From contig NC_086108.1 in NCBI RefSeq assembly GCF_963921235.1, forward strand, positions 21,266,001 through 21,330,000: a stretch of DNA of 64,000 nt, read 5' to 3'. Below, piece after piece: positions 23,439 through 37,290 of this stretch (within the stretch, counting starts at the first letter, position 1; every line of letters starts with the position of its first letter). A model generated the notes under the pieces. The model made no database searches. It was given only the letters and a program-made list of their open reading frames with translations, and was not told the DNA's origin. This stretch comes from Mobula hypostoma. Taxonomy: Eukaryota. The position numbers and the translations under genes are program-made.

Positions 23439-26400
23439 TTTGGCAGGGGGATAGGAACCGGAATGACAGAGCAAAGGGAGGGGAAAACAGAAATAAATCT
23501 AAGATAGTGAGCAGTAAAGATGTCAGGAAAGACAGGCAGGTGATGGGGCAAATTTGTAGCCATTGGGATGAGCTGCAGTGCGATAAAGTTGCAGTGAAAT
23601 CAAAGTAAAAAGTACCAAATACTGGTCTTAAGGTGTTATACTTAAATGCACGCAGCATAAGGAATAAGGTGGATGATCTTGTCGAGCAGCTACAGATTGG
23701 CAGGTATGATATTGTGGCCATCTCTGAGATGCGGCTAAAGGATGCATGTCTCTGGGAGCTGAATGTCCAAGGATACACGGTGTATTGGAAGGATAGGAAG
23801 GTAGGCAGAGGGGGAGGCGAGGCTTTATTGGTAAGAAATGATATTAAATCATTAGAAAGAGGTGATATAGGATCGGAAGGTGCAGAATCTTTATGGGTTG
23901 AGCAAAGAAATCGCAGGGGTAAAGGGACCCTGATGGCAGTTATTTATAGGCCTCCAAACAGCTGCAGTGATGTGGACTACAAATTACAACAGGAAATAGA
24001 AAAGGCTTGTCAGAAGGGCAGTGTTATGATAACCATGGGGGATTTTAACATGCGAGTGGATTGGGAAAATCAGGTCGGCACTGGATCTCAAGAGAGAGAA
24101 TTTGTAGAATGTCTGCGAGATGGCTTTTTAGAACAGCTTGTTGTTGAGCCCACTAGGGGATCGGCTGTACTGGATTGAGTATTGTGTAATGAACTGGAGG
24201 TGATTAGAGAGATTGAGGTGAAGGAACCCTTAGGAGGCAGTGATCATAACATGATTGAGCTCACTGTGAAATTTGAAAAAGAGAAGCCGAAATCTGATGT
24301 GTCGGTATTTCAGTGGAGTAAAGGAAATTACAGTGGCATGATAGAGGAACTGGCCAAAGTTGACTGGAAAGGGGCACTGGCGGGAAAGACGGCAGAGCAG
24401 TAGTGGCTGGAGTTTATGCAAGAAGTGAGGAAGGTGCAAGACAGGTATATTCCAAAAAAGAAAAAAATTTCGAATGGAAAAAGGATGCAACATTGTTGAC
24501 AAGAGAAGTCAAAGTTAAAGCAAAGGAGAGGGCATACAAGGAAGCAAAAATTAGTGGGAAGACAGAGGATTGGGAAGTTTTTAAAACCTTACAAAAGGAA
24601 ACTAAGAGGGAAAAGATTAACTATGAAGTGAAACTAGCAAATAATATCAAAGAGGATACTAAAAGCTTTTTCAAGTATATAAAGAGTAAAAGACAGGTGA
24701 GAGTAGATATAGGACCGATAGAAAATGATGCTGGAGAAATTGTAATGGGGGATAAGGAGATGGCAGAGGAACTGAACGAGTATTTTGCATCAGTCTTCAC
24801 TGAGGAAGACATCAGCAATATACCGAACACACAAGGGTGGCAGGGAAGAGAAGTGTGCGTAGTCACAATTACGACAGAGAAAGTACTCAGGAAGCTGAAT
24901 AGTCTAAAGGTAGAGAAATCTCCTGGACCAGATGGAATGCACCCGCATGTTCTGAAGGAAGTAGCTGTGGAGATTGTGGAGGCATTAGCGATGATCTTTC
25001 AAAAGTCGATAGATTCTGGCATGGTTCCGGAGGACTGGAAGATTGCAAATGTCACTCCACTATTTAAGAAGGGGGCAAGGAAGCAAAAAGGAAATTATAG
25101 ACCTGTTAGCTTGACATCGGTGGTTGGGAAGTTGTTGGAGTTGATTGTCAAGGATAAGATTACAGAGTACCTGGAGGCATATGACAAGATAGGCAGAACT
25201 CAGCATGGATTCCTTAAAGGAAAATCCTGCCTGACAAACCTATTACAATTTTTTGAGGAAATTACCAGTAGGCTAGACAAGGGAGATGCAGTGGATGTTG
25301 TATATTTGGATTTTTAGAAGGCCTTTGACAAGGTGCCACACATGAGGCTACTTACTTAAGAGCCCATGGAATTACGGGGAAGTTACATATGTGGATAGAG
25401 CGTTGGCTGATTGGCAGGAAACAGAGAGTGGGAATAAAGGGATCCTATTCTGGTTGGCTGCCAGTTACCAGTGGTGTTCCACAGGGGTCTGTGTTGGGGC
25501 TGCTTCTTTTCACATTGTACATCAACGATTTGGATTATGAAATAGATGACTTTGTGGCTAAGTTTGCTGACGATACGAAGATAGGTGGAGGGGCCGGTAG
25601 TGCTGAGGAAATGGAGAGTCTGCAGAGAGACTTGAATAGATTGGAAGGATGGGCAAAGAAGTGGCAAATGAAATACAATGTTGGAAAGTGTATGGTTATG
25701 CACTTTGGCAGAAGAAATAAACGGGCAGACTATTATTTAAATGGGGAAAGAATTCAAAGTTCTGAGATGCAACGGGACTTGGGAGTCCTCGTACAGGATA
25801 CCCTTAAGGTTAACCTCCAGGTTGAGTCGGTAGTGAAGAAGGCGAATGAAATGTTGGCATTCATTTCTGGAGGAATAGAGTATAGGAGCAGGGATGTGAC
25901 GTTGAGGCTCTATAAGGCGCTGGTGAGACCTCACTTGGAGTACTGTGGGCAGTTTTGGTCACCTTATTTAAGAAAGGATGTGCTGACGTTGGAGAGGGTA
26001 CAGAGAAGATTCAATAGAATGATTCTGGGAATGAGAGGGTTAACATATGAGGAACGTTTGTCTGCTCTTGGACTGTATTCCTTGGAGTTTAGAAGAATGA
26101 GGGGAGACCTCATAGAAACATTTTGAATGTTGAAAGGCATGGATAGAGTGAGTGTGTCAAAGTTGTTTCCCATGATGGGGGGAGTCTAGTACGAGAGGGC
26201 ATATCTTAAGGATTGAAGGGCGCCCATTCAGAACAGAAATGCAAAGAAATTTTTTTAGTCAGAGGGTGGTGAATCTATGGAATTTGTTGCCATGGGCAGC
26301 GGTGGAGGCCAAGTCACTGGATGTATTTAAGGCAGAGGTTGATAGGTATCTGAGTAGCCAGGGCATCAAAGGTTATGGTGAAAAGGCGGGGGAGTGGGAC

Positions 26401-27388
26401 TAAATGGGAGAATGGATCAGCTCATGATAAAATGACGGAGCAGACTCGGTGGGCCGAATGGCTGACTTCTGCTCCTTTGTCTTATGGTCTATTCCATCTG
26501 GTATCCTCCAACCTGATGACATGAACATATATTTCTCAAATTTCCAGTAATGCCTCTCCCCACCTTCAACATTCCCCATCCTCTTTTCCTTCTCTCACCT
26601 TATCTCCTTGTCTGCCCACCGCCTCCCTCTAGTGCTCTTCCCTGATTTTCTTTCTATCCTGTCCTATCAGACTCTCCCTTTTTCAGCCCTGTATCTCTCA
26701 ACCAATCAACTGCACAGCTCTTTATTTCAACCACCCCCCCTCCAGGTTTCACCCATCACCTTGTGTTTTTCTCTCTCCTCTCCCCCACCTTTTAAATCTA
26801 CTACTCAGCTTTTTTCCAAAGTCCAGCCTGAAACGTCAGCTGTACTCTTCCTGTCTGTCCTGCTGAGTTCCTCCAGCATTTTATGTGTGTTGCTCTGGAT
26901 TTCCAGCATCTGCAGATTTTCTCTTGTTTGAAAATACTGATACATCTGTTTTTGATGGATTTCTAAAGTGTGCCTGCACTAAATCTTCTGTAATGTATAA
27001 TCGAAACCTACAGTAATTTTCTGCCACCTCAAAAACGTAATCCACTAAAGAGGTCTAGGAGCATAGTGTGCCATTTACTGAATTTTATGCCCACAATTGC
27101 TTTCCTGGAAATGGTGAGCTGGAAGGAAGAGAATCAAGTATGCAGAAAGTGAACCACTTCCTGGAGATTGCTTTCATTTTTTGAAGAGAGTCACTGGGAG
27201 TGGATGGTAACCTGTGGATTGGTGGGAATTCGGTGAAGAAGGTTAAGAAGAGTTTCAAAGAAAAACTAAACACCCTGAGAAACTAGTAGTCATTTTATTT
27301 ATTTCTATTTTACTCATGTTAAAAGTTGTTTATTGATTACAGCTCTGCCTTCAATACTATAATTCCAAGCAAGATCATTATCAGACTC

Positions 27389-28061
27389 TTAGATTAGATT
27401 AGATTATGAGGACACTCAGTCCTCGTTGTCATTTAGAAATGCATGCATTAAAAAATGATACAGTGTTCCTCCAGAGTGATATCACGAGAAAACACAGGAC
27501 AAACCCAGACTAAACTGCCAAAACCACATAATTATAACATATAGTTACAACAGTGCAAAGCAATGCCATAATTTGATAAAGAGCAGACCATGGGCATGGT
27601 AAAAAAAAGTCTCAAAGTCCTGATAGGCTCATCATCTCACGCAGGCAGCAGAAGGGAGGAACTCTCCCCGCCATGAACCTCCAAGCGCCGCCAACTTGAC
27701 GATGCAGCACCATTGGAAGCACCCGGCCGTAGCGGACTCCGAGTCCGTCCGAAAACTTCGAGCCTCCGATCAGCCCCTCTGACACAGCCTCTCCGAGCAC
27801 CATCCTCTGCCGAGGGCTTTGATCCCACCCCGGCCGCCGAGCAACAAGCAAAGCTGAGGACTCGGGGCCTTCTCCTCCGGAGATTCCGGACCACACAGTA
27901 GCAGCAGCAGTGAAGCAGGCATTTCAGAAGTTTCACCAGATGTTCCTCTGTGCTCTCACGTCCGTCTCCATCAAATCAGGATTGTGCACGGCACCCTACT
28001 TGACAAATAACAGACATCACCACCGGAGTGACTGCTGCGAGCTGCGTCGTGCCGCCATCTT
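27389..28061 (-). mobile_element. SINE-like element copy 2, inserted in a Rex1 fragment
   Basis: Reverse complement of 20352-21019. Its 5' end is AAGATGGCGGC (28051-28061). Rex1 RT sequence lies on both sides. Confidence 0.85.
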
Positions 28062-29035
28062 GAGACCTCCCTCTGCAACTGCACCCTCGATTTCCTGACC
28101 AACAGAACACAATCAGTGGAGATCGGCAGCAACACCTCTGCCATGATTATTCTCAACACTGGTGCTCCACAGGACTGCGTCCTCAGCCCCCTGCTCTAAC
28201 CACTGTACACTCAGGACTGCATGGCCACATTTTGCTCGATATAAGTTTACTGTAACTCAAATAATTATGAGCCTGAAAACAGGGAGGTCGGGAGCTTAAT
28301 AACATGATGTCAAGACAATAACCTTTCCCTCAATGCCAACAAAACAAAAGAGCTAGTCATTGACTTCAGGAAGCGGGTGGTGTACATGTGCCGAGGTTGA
28401 GAAGGTTAAGAGCTGCAAATTCCTAGGAGTCAACATCAGCAGCAGCTTGCCCTTGTCCATCATGTTGATGCCACATCCAAGAAAGCTTACCAACACCTTT
28501 ACTTCCTGACTTAGCAAGTTGTATTAATGTACCACAGAAAGCATCCTTTCTGCATGCATCATGGCTTGGTATGATAGCTCTTCTGCCTGCAAGAGTTGTG
28601 GACACAGCTCTGCACATCATGGAAACCAGCTTCCCTTCTTTGGACTCTGTGTATATTTCTTGCTGCCTCAGTTAAGCAGCCAGAATAATCAAATACCTCA
28701 TCCACCTGAACATTTTTAATTCTCCCCTCTCCCACTGGGCAGAAAATACAAAAGCAAATACCACCAGGCTCGAGGACAGCTTCTATGAGACTATTGAATG
28801 GATCCTTAGCACAATAAGATGGATTCTTGACCTCACAATCTACCTTGTTATGATCTTGCACCTTCTTGTCAACCTGAACTGCTCTTTCTCTGTAGGTTAC
28901 ACTTTATTTCTGTTATTATTTTACCTTACACTACTCCAATGCCCTGCACAATGAATAGATGTGTATGAACAGTACGCAAGACAAGCTTTTCACTCTACCT
29001 TGGTCCATGTGACAATAATAAACCAATTCCAATTA
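28062..29035 (+). mobile_element. Decayed Rex1/Babar 3' fragment (continues from about 27330-27388)
   Basis: TGAPQDCVLSPLL and LVIDFRK motifs, with a gacaataataaaccaattcc tail. Confidence 0.8.
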
Positions 29036-30236
29036 AAATTTATAGATTGAAATTTTCCAAAGATGACTTGCGTGAGGTAAAGAGTAATTCAACTTCAGTC
29101 ACCTCTTTGTAAAGAAAGCAGTGACAATTGGACTTATTTGGTTTGATGACCATGAATAATGGCTTAATCAAATGCTATATGTATAAATTGCTGGCCAGGT
29201 AAAAAGGGCCATGGTGGGCTAAATAATGACATTTTAGCAGTTAGCCATCAATACCAGCATCAGCAGGTTACACTAGTTGCTAACTCAAGAGTATCAGAGC
29301 AGCCTTCAAGATGTTTGCCCTGGCCCCACAGGCTCATTTTGGATTATGCATCTGAAAACTGACACATCTGGAACAAACCCACCATTGAAGACTGCAGTGT
29401 GATTTAAGAACCCTTACTTGATGAGTATTTCAGGCTGCCTCCAGAGTTCAAGATTGCTATTTAACCTTGAAATGATAGCCACCTGAGCATGCAAGGTTGT
29501 TCTTAGGATCCTTTGTCTCTGTAACGCTGAGACATGCTAACAATGGAAATGATTGTTTGTTAAACTCAATGTTCTGAGTTCTCTTCCTTTAAAAGTGTTC
29601 ATGGAACTATCTGAAGGACCATTAGCCTATGCAGTTGGGTGGATATCAGGATAATTCACTTCAGTTCAGACATCTTTTCAACAGAAAATGTACACATTAA
29701 AAAGGTGACACTCTGCCAGCTTCTGTAGTGTAAATGAAAATTAATCGATTAGGAATAAATATCGACCATTTTATGGACCAAAACTAATAAAAATTATAAA
29801 AGTGCTATTTTCTGATCATAGAAATGACAATTATCTTTGTATAAGGTTTTAAAGGATTTAGAATTGTGTAAACTTGCATTAGTTAATGTATGTCCCAATA
29901 AGACATAGTACAATCTCAGGGGTAATCACTTTTGAACAAGCATTTTTTTCCAACCAGAAAAAGGTAGTAACTCATTAAGATGGCTATCACCTTTATCCTT
30001 AATGTCATTAGTAGTTCAATGAAAAATCATTTTTTTTTACTATTTGTTAATTTTTTAGCATCTGGATTTTGCCCTCATCCCTGATTGTCCTTGAATTTGC
30101 AAGACCATTTCTAAGGAGACCAGAGTGAGATATAAAGTGGTGCTAGGAAGTTTCTATTTCTGCATAAATATGACCTAAAATGTGATCAGATCTTCATGCA
30201 AACCCTAAAACTAGATAAAGAGCATCCAATTAAATA

Positions 30237-31944
30237 TAGTACCTATAAAAAGTATTCATCCCCCTTGGAAGTTTTCATGTTTTATTGTTTTACAACAATG
30301 AATCACAGTGGATTTAATTTGACGAAGGGTCTTGGCCTGAAACGTCGACTGCACCTCTTCCTAGAGATGCTGCCTGGCCTGCTGCGTTCACCAGCAACTT
30401 TTATGTGTGTTGCTTGAATTTCCAGCATCTGCAGAATTCCTGTTGTTTGCAGATTTAATTTGGCTTTTTTTTTTGACACTGATAAACAGAAAAAAAGCTC
30501 TTGTTGTGTCAAAATGAAAACAGATCTCTATAAAGTGATCTAAATTAATTACCAATATACAATGCAAAATAATTCATTGCATAAGTATTTACCCCCTTCA
30601 AGTCAGTATTCAGTAGATGCACCTTTGGCAGCAATTACAGCCTTTAGTCTGTGTGGATAAGTCTCTATCAACTTTACATATCTGAACACTACAGATTGCA
30701 TATGGATCATGAGTCCAGCCACAGATTCTCAATTGGATTGAGGTCTGGACTCTGACTTGGCCGTTCCTGGACATTAACTTTGCAGTTTTTAATCTATTTC
30801 TGTATAGCATTGGCTTTATGCTTGGGGTCAATATCTTGCTTGAAAACATCTTCTCCCAAATTGCAGTTCTCTTGCAGACTCCATCAGGTTTTCCTCCAGG
30901 ATTTCCCTATATTTTGTTGCATTCATTTTATCCTCTACCTTCACAAGCCTTCCTGGTCTACTGCAGTGAAGCATCCCCACAGCATGATGCAGCTACTACC
31001 ATGCTTCACGGTAGGGATGGTGTGTTTTTGACGATGTGCGATCTTTGATTTACGCCAGTGCGTTTAGTCCAATGGCCAAATAGCTCGATTTTTGTTTCAT
31101 CAGATCATAGAACCTTCTTCCAGCTGACTTCAGAGTCTCCCACATGCCTCTGGCAAACTCTAGCTGAGATTTCATGTGAGTTTTTTTCAACAGTGGCTTT
31201 CTCTTTGCTACTCTCCTATAAAGTTGTGACTGGTGAAGCACCCAGGCAACAACTGTATGCATAGTTTCTCCTATCTCAGTCACTGAAGCTTGTAACTCCT
31301 CCAGAGTTGTCATAGGGCTCTTGATGGCTTTCCTCACTAGTCCCCTTCCTGCACGGTCTCAGTTTTTGAGGATGGCCTGCTCTAGGCAGATTTACAGCTG
31401 TACCATATTCTTTCCACTTCTTGATGATTGACTTAACTGTACATCAAAAATATTCAGTGACTTGGAAATTTTCTTGTCTCCATCTCCTGACTTGTGCTTT
31501 TCAATACCCTTATCACGGCATTGTTTGGAGTGTTCTCTTGTCTTCATGGTGTAGTTTTTGCCAGCAGTTGGACCTTCCAGGTACAGGTGTATTTTTACTA
31601 CAATCAATTGAAACACCTTGATTACACACAGGTCTCCAAAAACAGATATTCATTTCACTAATTGTGTGACTTCTAAAACCAATTGGCTGCAGCAGTAATG
31701 ATCTGGTGTGTCATATTAAAGAGGTGTGGGTGGAGTACTTATACAATCAATTATTTTGTGTTTTACATTTGTAATTAATTTAGATCACTTTGTAGAGATC
31801 TGCTTCTGCTTTGACACGAAAGAGTCTTTTTCTGTTGATCAGTATCAAGAAAGCCAAATTAAATCCACTGTGATTCAATGTTGTAAAACAATAAAACATG
31901 AAAATTTCCGGGGGAGGGGGAGGTGAATACTTTTATAGGCATTG
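30237..31944 (-). mobile_element. Tc1-like transposon with long TIRs and decayed transposase
   Basis: TA-flanked inverted repeats (TAGTACCTATAAAAAGTATTCA... / ...TGAATACTTTTATAGGCATTG). Minus-strand peptides MKTREHSKQCRDKGIEKHKSG and TTLEELQASV...RRVAKRKPLLKK. Confidence 0.92.
30322..30451 (+). mobile_element. Minimal Penelope terminal fragment inserted in the Tc1 TIR
   Basis: Starts inside the hammerhead core (tgacgaagggtcttggcctgaaacgtcgactg). TSD GATTTAATTTG at 30311-30321 and 30452-30462. Confidence 0.85.
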
Positions 31945-32058
31945 TAAATAACCAAAAAAATTATACTTGTTCATTTATTTTTTGAGAAAAATGATAAAAG
32001 GTAGTGTAGATTTTAGACCTTGCAAAATCTGATTAGACTAAACTATTATTTGTTTTGA

Positions 32059-33832
32059 GCAACACACATAAAAGTTGCTGGTGAACGCAGCAGGCCAGGC
32101 AGCATCTCTAGGAAGAGGTACAGTCGATGTTTCAGGCCGAGACCCTTCGTCAGGACTAACTGAAAGAAGAACTAGTAAGAGATTTGAAAGTGGGAGGGGG
32201 AAGGAGAGATCCAAAATGATAGGAGAAGACAGGAGGGGGAGGGAGGGAGCCAAGAGCTGGACAGTTGATTGGCAAAAGGGATATGAGAGGATCATGGGAC
32301 AGGAGGCCTAGGGAGAAAGAACAGAGGGAGGGGGGAAGCCCAGAGGATGGGCAAGGGGTATAGTGAGAGGGACAGAGGGAGAAAAGAGAGAGAGAGAAGA
32401 AGAATGTGTGTATATAAATAAATAAATAACGGATGGGGTACGAGGGGGAGGTGGGGCATTAGCAGAAGTTAGAGAAGTCAATGTTCATGCCATCAGGTTG
32501 GAGGCTACCCGGATGGAATATAAGGTGTTGTTCCTCCAACCTGAGTGTGGCTTCATCTTTACAGTAGAGAAGGCCGTGTATAGACATATCAGAATGGGAA
32601 TGGGATGTGGAATTAAAATGTGTGGCCACTGGGAGATCCTGCTTTCTCTGGCGGACAGAGCGTAGGTGTTCAGCGAAATGATCTCCCAGTCTGCGTCAGG
32701 TCTCGCCAATATATAGAAGGCCGCATCGGGAGCACCGGATGCAGTATATCACCCCAGCCGACTCACTGGTGAAGTGTCACCTCACCTGGAAGGATTGTCT
32801 GGGGCCCTGAATGGTAGTGAGGGAGGAAGTGTAAGGGCATGTGTAGCACTTGTTCCGCTTACAAGGATAAATGCCGGGAGGGAGATCGGTGGGGAGGGAT
32901 GGCGGGGGACAAATGGGCAAGGGAGTTGCGTAGGGAGCGATCCCTGCGGAAAACGGGGGGGAGGGTGCGGAAGGGAAAGATGTGCTTAGTGGTGGGATCC
33001 CGTTGGAGGTGGCGGAAGTTATGGAGAATTATATGTTGGACCTGGAGGCTGGTGGGGTGGTAGGTGAGGACAAGGGGAACCCTATTCCTAGTGGGGTGGC
33101 GGGAGGATGCAGTGAGAGCAAAATATATATGCCCCACCCCCCCTACCCCATCCGTTATTTATTTTTTTATAACTCCCTTGTCCATTCGTCCCCCCCCATC
33201 TCTCCCCACCAATCTCCCTCCTCGCACTTATCCTTGTAAGCGGAACAAGTGCTACACATGCCCTTACACTTTCTCCCTCACTATCATTCAGGGCCCCACT
33301 CAGTCCTTCCAGGTGAGGTGACACTTCACCGGTGAGTCGGCTGGGGTGAAATACTGCATCCGGTGCTCCCAATGCGGCCTTCTATATATTGGCGAGACCC
33401 GACACAGACTGGGAGATCGTTTCGCTGAACTCCTACGCTCTGTCCGCCAGAGAAAGCGGGATCTCCCAGTGGCCACACATTTTAATTCCACGTCCCATTC
33501 CCATTCTGTCTATCCACGGCCCCTCCCCCTTTTCCTTCCCCCTGGGCCTCCTGTCCCATGATCCTCTCATATCCCTTTTGCCAATCAACCGTCCAACTCT
33601 TGGCTCCATCCCTCCCCCTCCTGTCTTCTCCTAACATTTTGGACCTCCCTCTCCCCCTCCCACTTTCAAATCTCTTACTAGCTCTTCTTTCAGTTTGCCC
33701 TGACGAAGGGTCTCGGCCTGAAATGTCGCCTGTACCTCTTCCTAGAGATGCTGCCTGGCCTGCTGCGTTCACCAGCAACTTTTATGTGTGTTGCTTGAAA
33801 TTCCAGCATCTGCAGATTTCCTCGTGTTTGCG
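32059..33832. mobile_element. Penelope-like element, large fold-back (- arm 32059 to about 33120, + arm about 33130-33832)
   Basis: GIY-YIG motif YCIRCSQCGLLYIGETRHRLGDRFAE in the + arm and its near-equivalent in the - arm. Perfect TSD TTATTTGTTTTGA at 32046-32058 and 33833-33845. Confidence 0.92.
32122..32157 (-). ncRNA. Minimal (PLE-type) hammerhead ribozyme motif with intact core
   Basis: The - strand reads AGUC-CUGACGA-agggucucggccu-GAAAC-AUC-GACU: CUGANGA/GAAA core, NUH triplet and helix I AGUC/GACU. Activity is not demonstrated. Confidence 0.7.
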
Positions 33833-34257
33833 TTATTTGTTTTGATAAGTTTCTTTTGCCAGATACATTGCTTGGTGTAGAATTCATCTGTCCAAGTTGG
33901 GATCTAGCCCAAATGGGTCTAATAGATTTAAGATGGGAGTGCTATGATTAATTTCAAAATTGGGAGATGGTATTTCCATTGTTCTGTGGTTTACACTGCT
34001 CCCACATCAAACAAAGGAACCAGGCTGTGTTGCTACAGAACCAAGGTGGGAAGATGGAGCTAAACTTCAAATCAGCCATGATAAGTTTGAAAGGCTGAAT
34101 AAAAGGCTTACCATCCTTCCAATTCAGCTCCCGCCCCACCTTCTGACAGCCATCGGTATTTTCTGCTACCCAGCCATATGAAAATACTAACTGTTGCCTG
34201 GATAAAGCTAGTTGGACAGATGCTGGTTAACAGGTGGTGCTGATGGAAGCTGAATAG

Positions 34258-34920
<663 letters not shown>

Positions 34921-37290
34921 AATGAAAAACCCATAGACACTTGATGAGCTTCCAGCACTTGGCTTTATAAAAGAAATATAAGGGGATTGATGTTCTTATA
35001 TTAATTAACAGATTGTAGATCAATCTGTTTTGTGATAATGTAATCAAAGTAACCTGCTTTAAGAGGGACAGAAATACAGACACACAAATGGCCTTCTTTT
35101 ATCCTGTGCTTTATACAATAATTGCACACCTTTCATGTCATGACCGAGAGAAACAAGATGCCTACCAGTCTTCCTTGCCGTGTTTCAAATGGATCATTCC
35201 TCCTGCTCAAATTTGGCATACTTTCTGACTGACAAAATTGCATGTTCCTCTGGCATTGGTCACTTTGCAGTGAAGAAACCAGCCTCTCTGCCCCTGTCTC
35301 TGCACTTTGAACAGATCTTCATGCTACCTTTGGGAATAATCACAGGGATGATTCAGTTCCACAGGTCCAATTATGTTTTATAATTTCTAAATTGTGAAAC
35401 AGCTGCTTTAAGCATCTTAACCTCATGGCTTGATAGATGGCATAACAACAAATAATATAATGTTTCACTGTCTTCTCAAGGACAAATAGCTGATCACTAT
35501 ATCCAAGCATTCTGTATTGTAGATTATCTCCTCCATGACTGAAAGGTATGAATTATTGAAGTATGTGTTGCACCTTACATTCACCAATTAGAAATGGCTG
35601 TTTCCTGTGGTGTTTAATATTAGTGATCATGTGCTTTATAATTCACAAGTAAAATTTTCCAACATTTAGTTTTTGCAAATAAATTGGATAACAAGCTGAT
35701 CTTACACTTTCTGGGTGGGAATATTTAGTTATTTAGTGTAGACCAGTGAAAATAAAAACTGTAGATTGCTAGTGTCTGAAACTGTCAGCAATACAATGTA
35801 ATACGTGCAGTTAATGATGCCAGTATTAACCATCTTGGAGATGTGGCATCTTAAACCACTTTGGAAAGAAAATAATGGCATGTTGTTCAGGTGCTTCTTT
35901 ACAACATGCCCTGCAGGTTATGACATTTATATTGAATGACTGATTCAAAGCAGACTGTTTGGTTTGCTGGGAACATCAGCAACCTGGAGCAACTAGAATT
36001 CGATATAATTCATGCTGCTGACATCCATTAGACTTCCCATTTAGGGCTAAATTTGTGTGTTCACCAAGGTGATGGAATACCGCGTCTTTCTACTTTCTAT
36101 CCTGAGGGTGAGGACAGGACTTTCCAAAGCCAAACATAAAATAAATAGAAATTTGCACTCTAATTCCCTCTTGGTTTTCAATGATAAAAAGGAAAAATCA
36201 ATCCCGTCAGGCATTCTTACTGAGTTTCAAAATGTTTATTCCTTCTTAAAGTTGGCGTGTGTCTTTGCCAACAAAACCCACATGCTCCTTTTACATCAGT
36301 TGCCTTGCACAGAAGAACCTAACCTCAGTATAAGACCTCCCCTTGTCACAGTGCCATAACGCTAAACTTGTGGGCTCCCACAGTAAGAAACCCAATTCAG
36401 GATTAAAATAAATTAATAATTAAATCTTTTTCTGTGGTTCTACTTGGCAATTGGTTGGGATTTTCCTGAAATTATGTAGGAAACTTTGTCAGGGCAGAAG
36501 TTTCCAAGCCTTTTACTGAAGACATGGGTTTGGGAGGGAGGGCAGGAACTAGACTGAACTCAGGTCCTGGAGCCATGAGAACAAGCCAGCAGCCAGTTTC
36601 CCACCCCTGCCTCCATTCTGCACTGGTGGGGCATTTCCCAGCAACACACGTACACAGGCAAGGCACATCATAGCTCCCTGTAAATATTGGTTATTCTATT
36701 TGCTTTTGGAAAGAGGTTATTGTCGATATAACCACTAAATACCTCTAAAAGGGACTGCACTGACATATGGAACTTATGGCACTGTTAAGCTCCAAAATCT
36801 TCAACAACAGATAAGATCTATCTTGCTCTGTAAGATCAGGATGAATTGGACATACAGACTTATGAAGAGGTTTTGTGGGAGAAGTGGGGAAGGGGTGTAC
36901 TAACTTCTTACTCTTCTCACCTTTTTACGGAGGTACATAATGTCATAAGGAACATATTTTTGGGAGTATATAATATCTTGGTAAAAATAAACGAATACCA
37001 TCTTTGTTAGCAGTATGCATCACAATGTAACTACAGATAAAGAGAAGTGTTTTATTGGTTATTGAATATTGAAATTCTATGACTCTTTAACGTAATAGTT
37101 GTGAGCTAATTAGAATGTGCTATGGGAATTTTAAAAATTGACAAAATGTTAATGAAATTTTAAATAATCCCATTATGATTAAATCAGGTTTCTGCTTGAC
37201 ACATGGAATGAATCAGTGATTGCTTTAAGATATAAATTGAACAAAATATTTCACTCAGATAAAATGAACTCATCATAATAATAGATTGTT

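Larger units (their letters stand above)
21759..26490 (+). mobile_element. Near full-length CR1 LINE (5' tandem repeats, ORF1 zinc finger plus SGNH esterase, ORF2 APE-RT), inactivated
   Basis: ORF1 has VVIGDSIVRG, CLPGAR, VHVGTND and DRLHLN. ORF2 has YLNARSI, IYRPP, GDFN, SDHN (APE) and PQGSVLG, KFADDTK (RT). Several stops and frameshifts. Ends TCTTATGGTCT. Confidence 0.95.
20304..26929. mobile_element. Single Penelope-like insertion (short - arm plus + body) later invaded by a SINE-like element and a CR1
   Basis: Perfect 13-bp TSD GAAAATACTGATA at 20291-20303 and 26930-26942. GIY-YIG-like IYCIWCSRCGLLYIGET near 21525-21580. Penelope sequence resumes in register at 26491 after the CR1. Confidence 0.85.

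Noticed and set aside
35678..36995. Several AATAAA hexamers after the OLFML2B stop (e.g. 35678, 35751)
   Set aside because: AT-rich region with multiple candidates; the used site cannot be chosen without 3'-end data.
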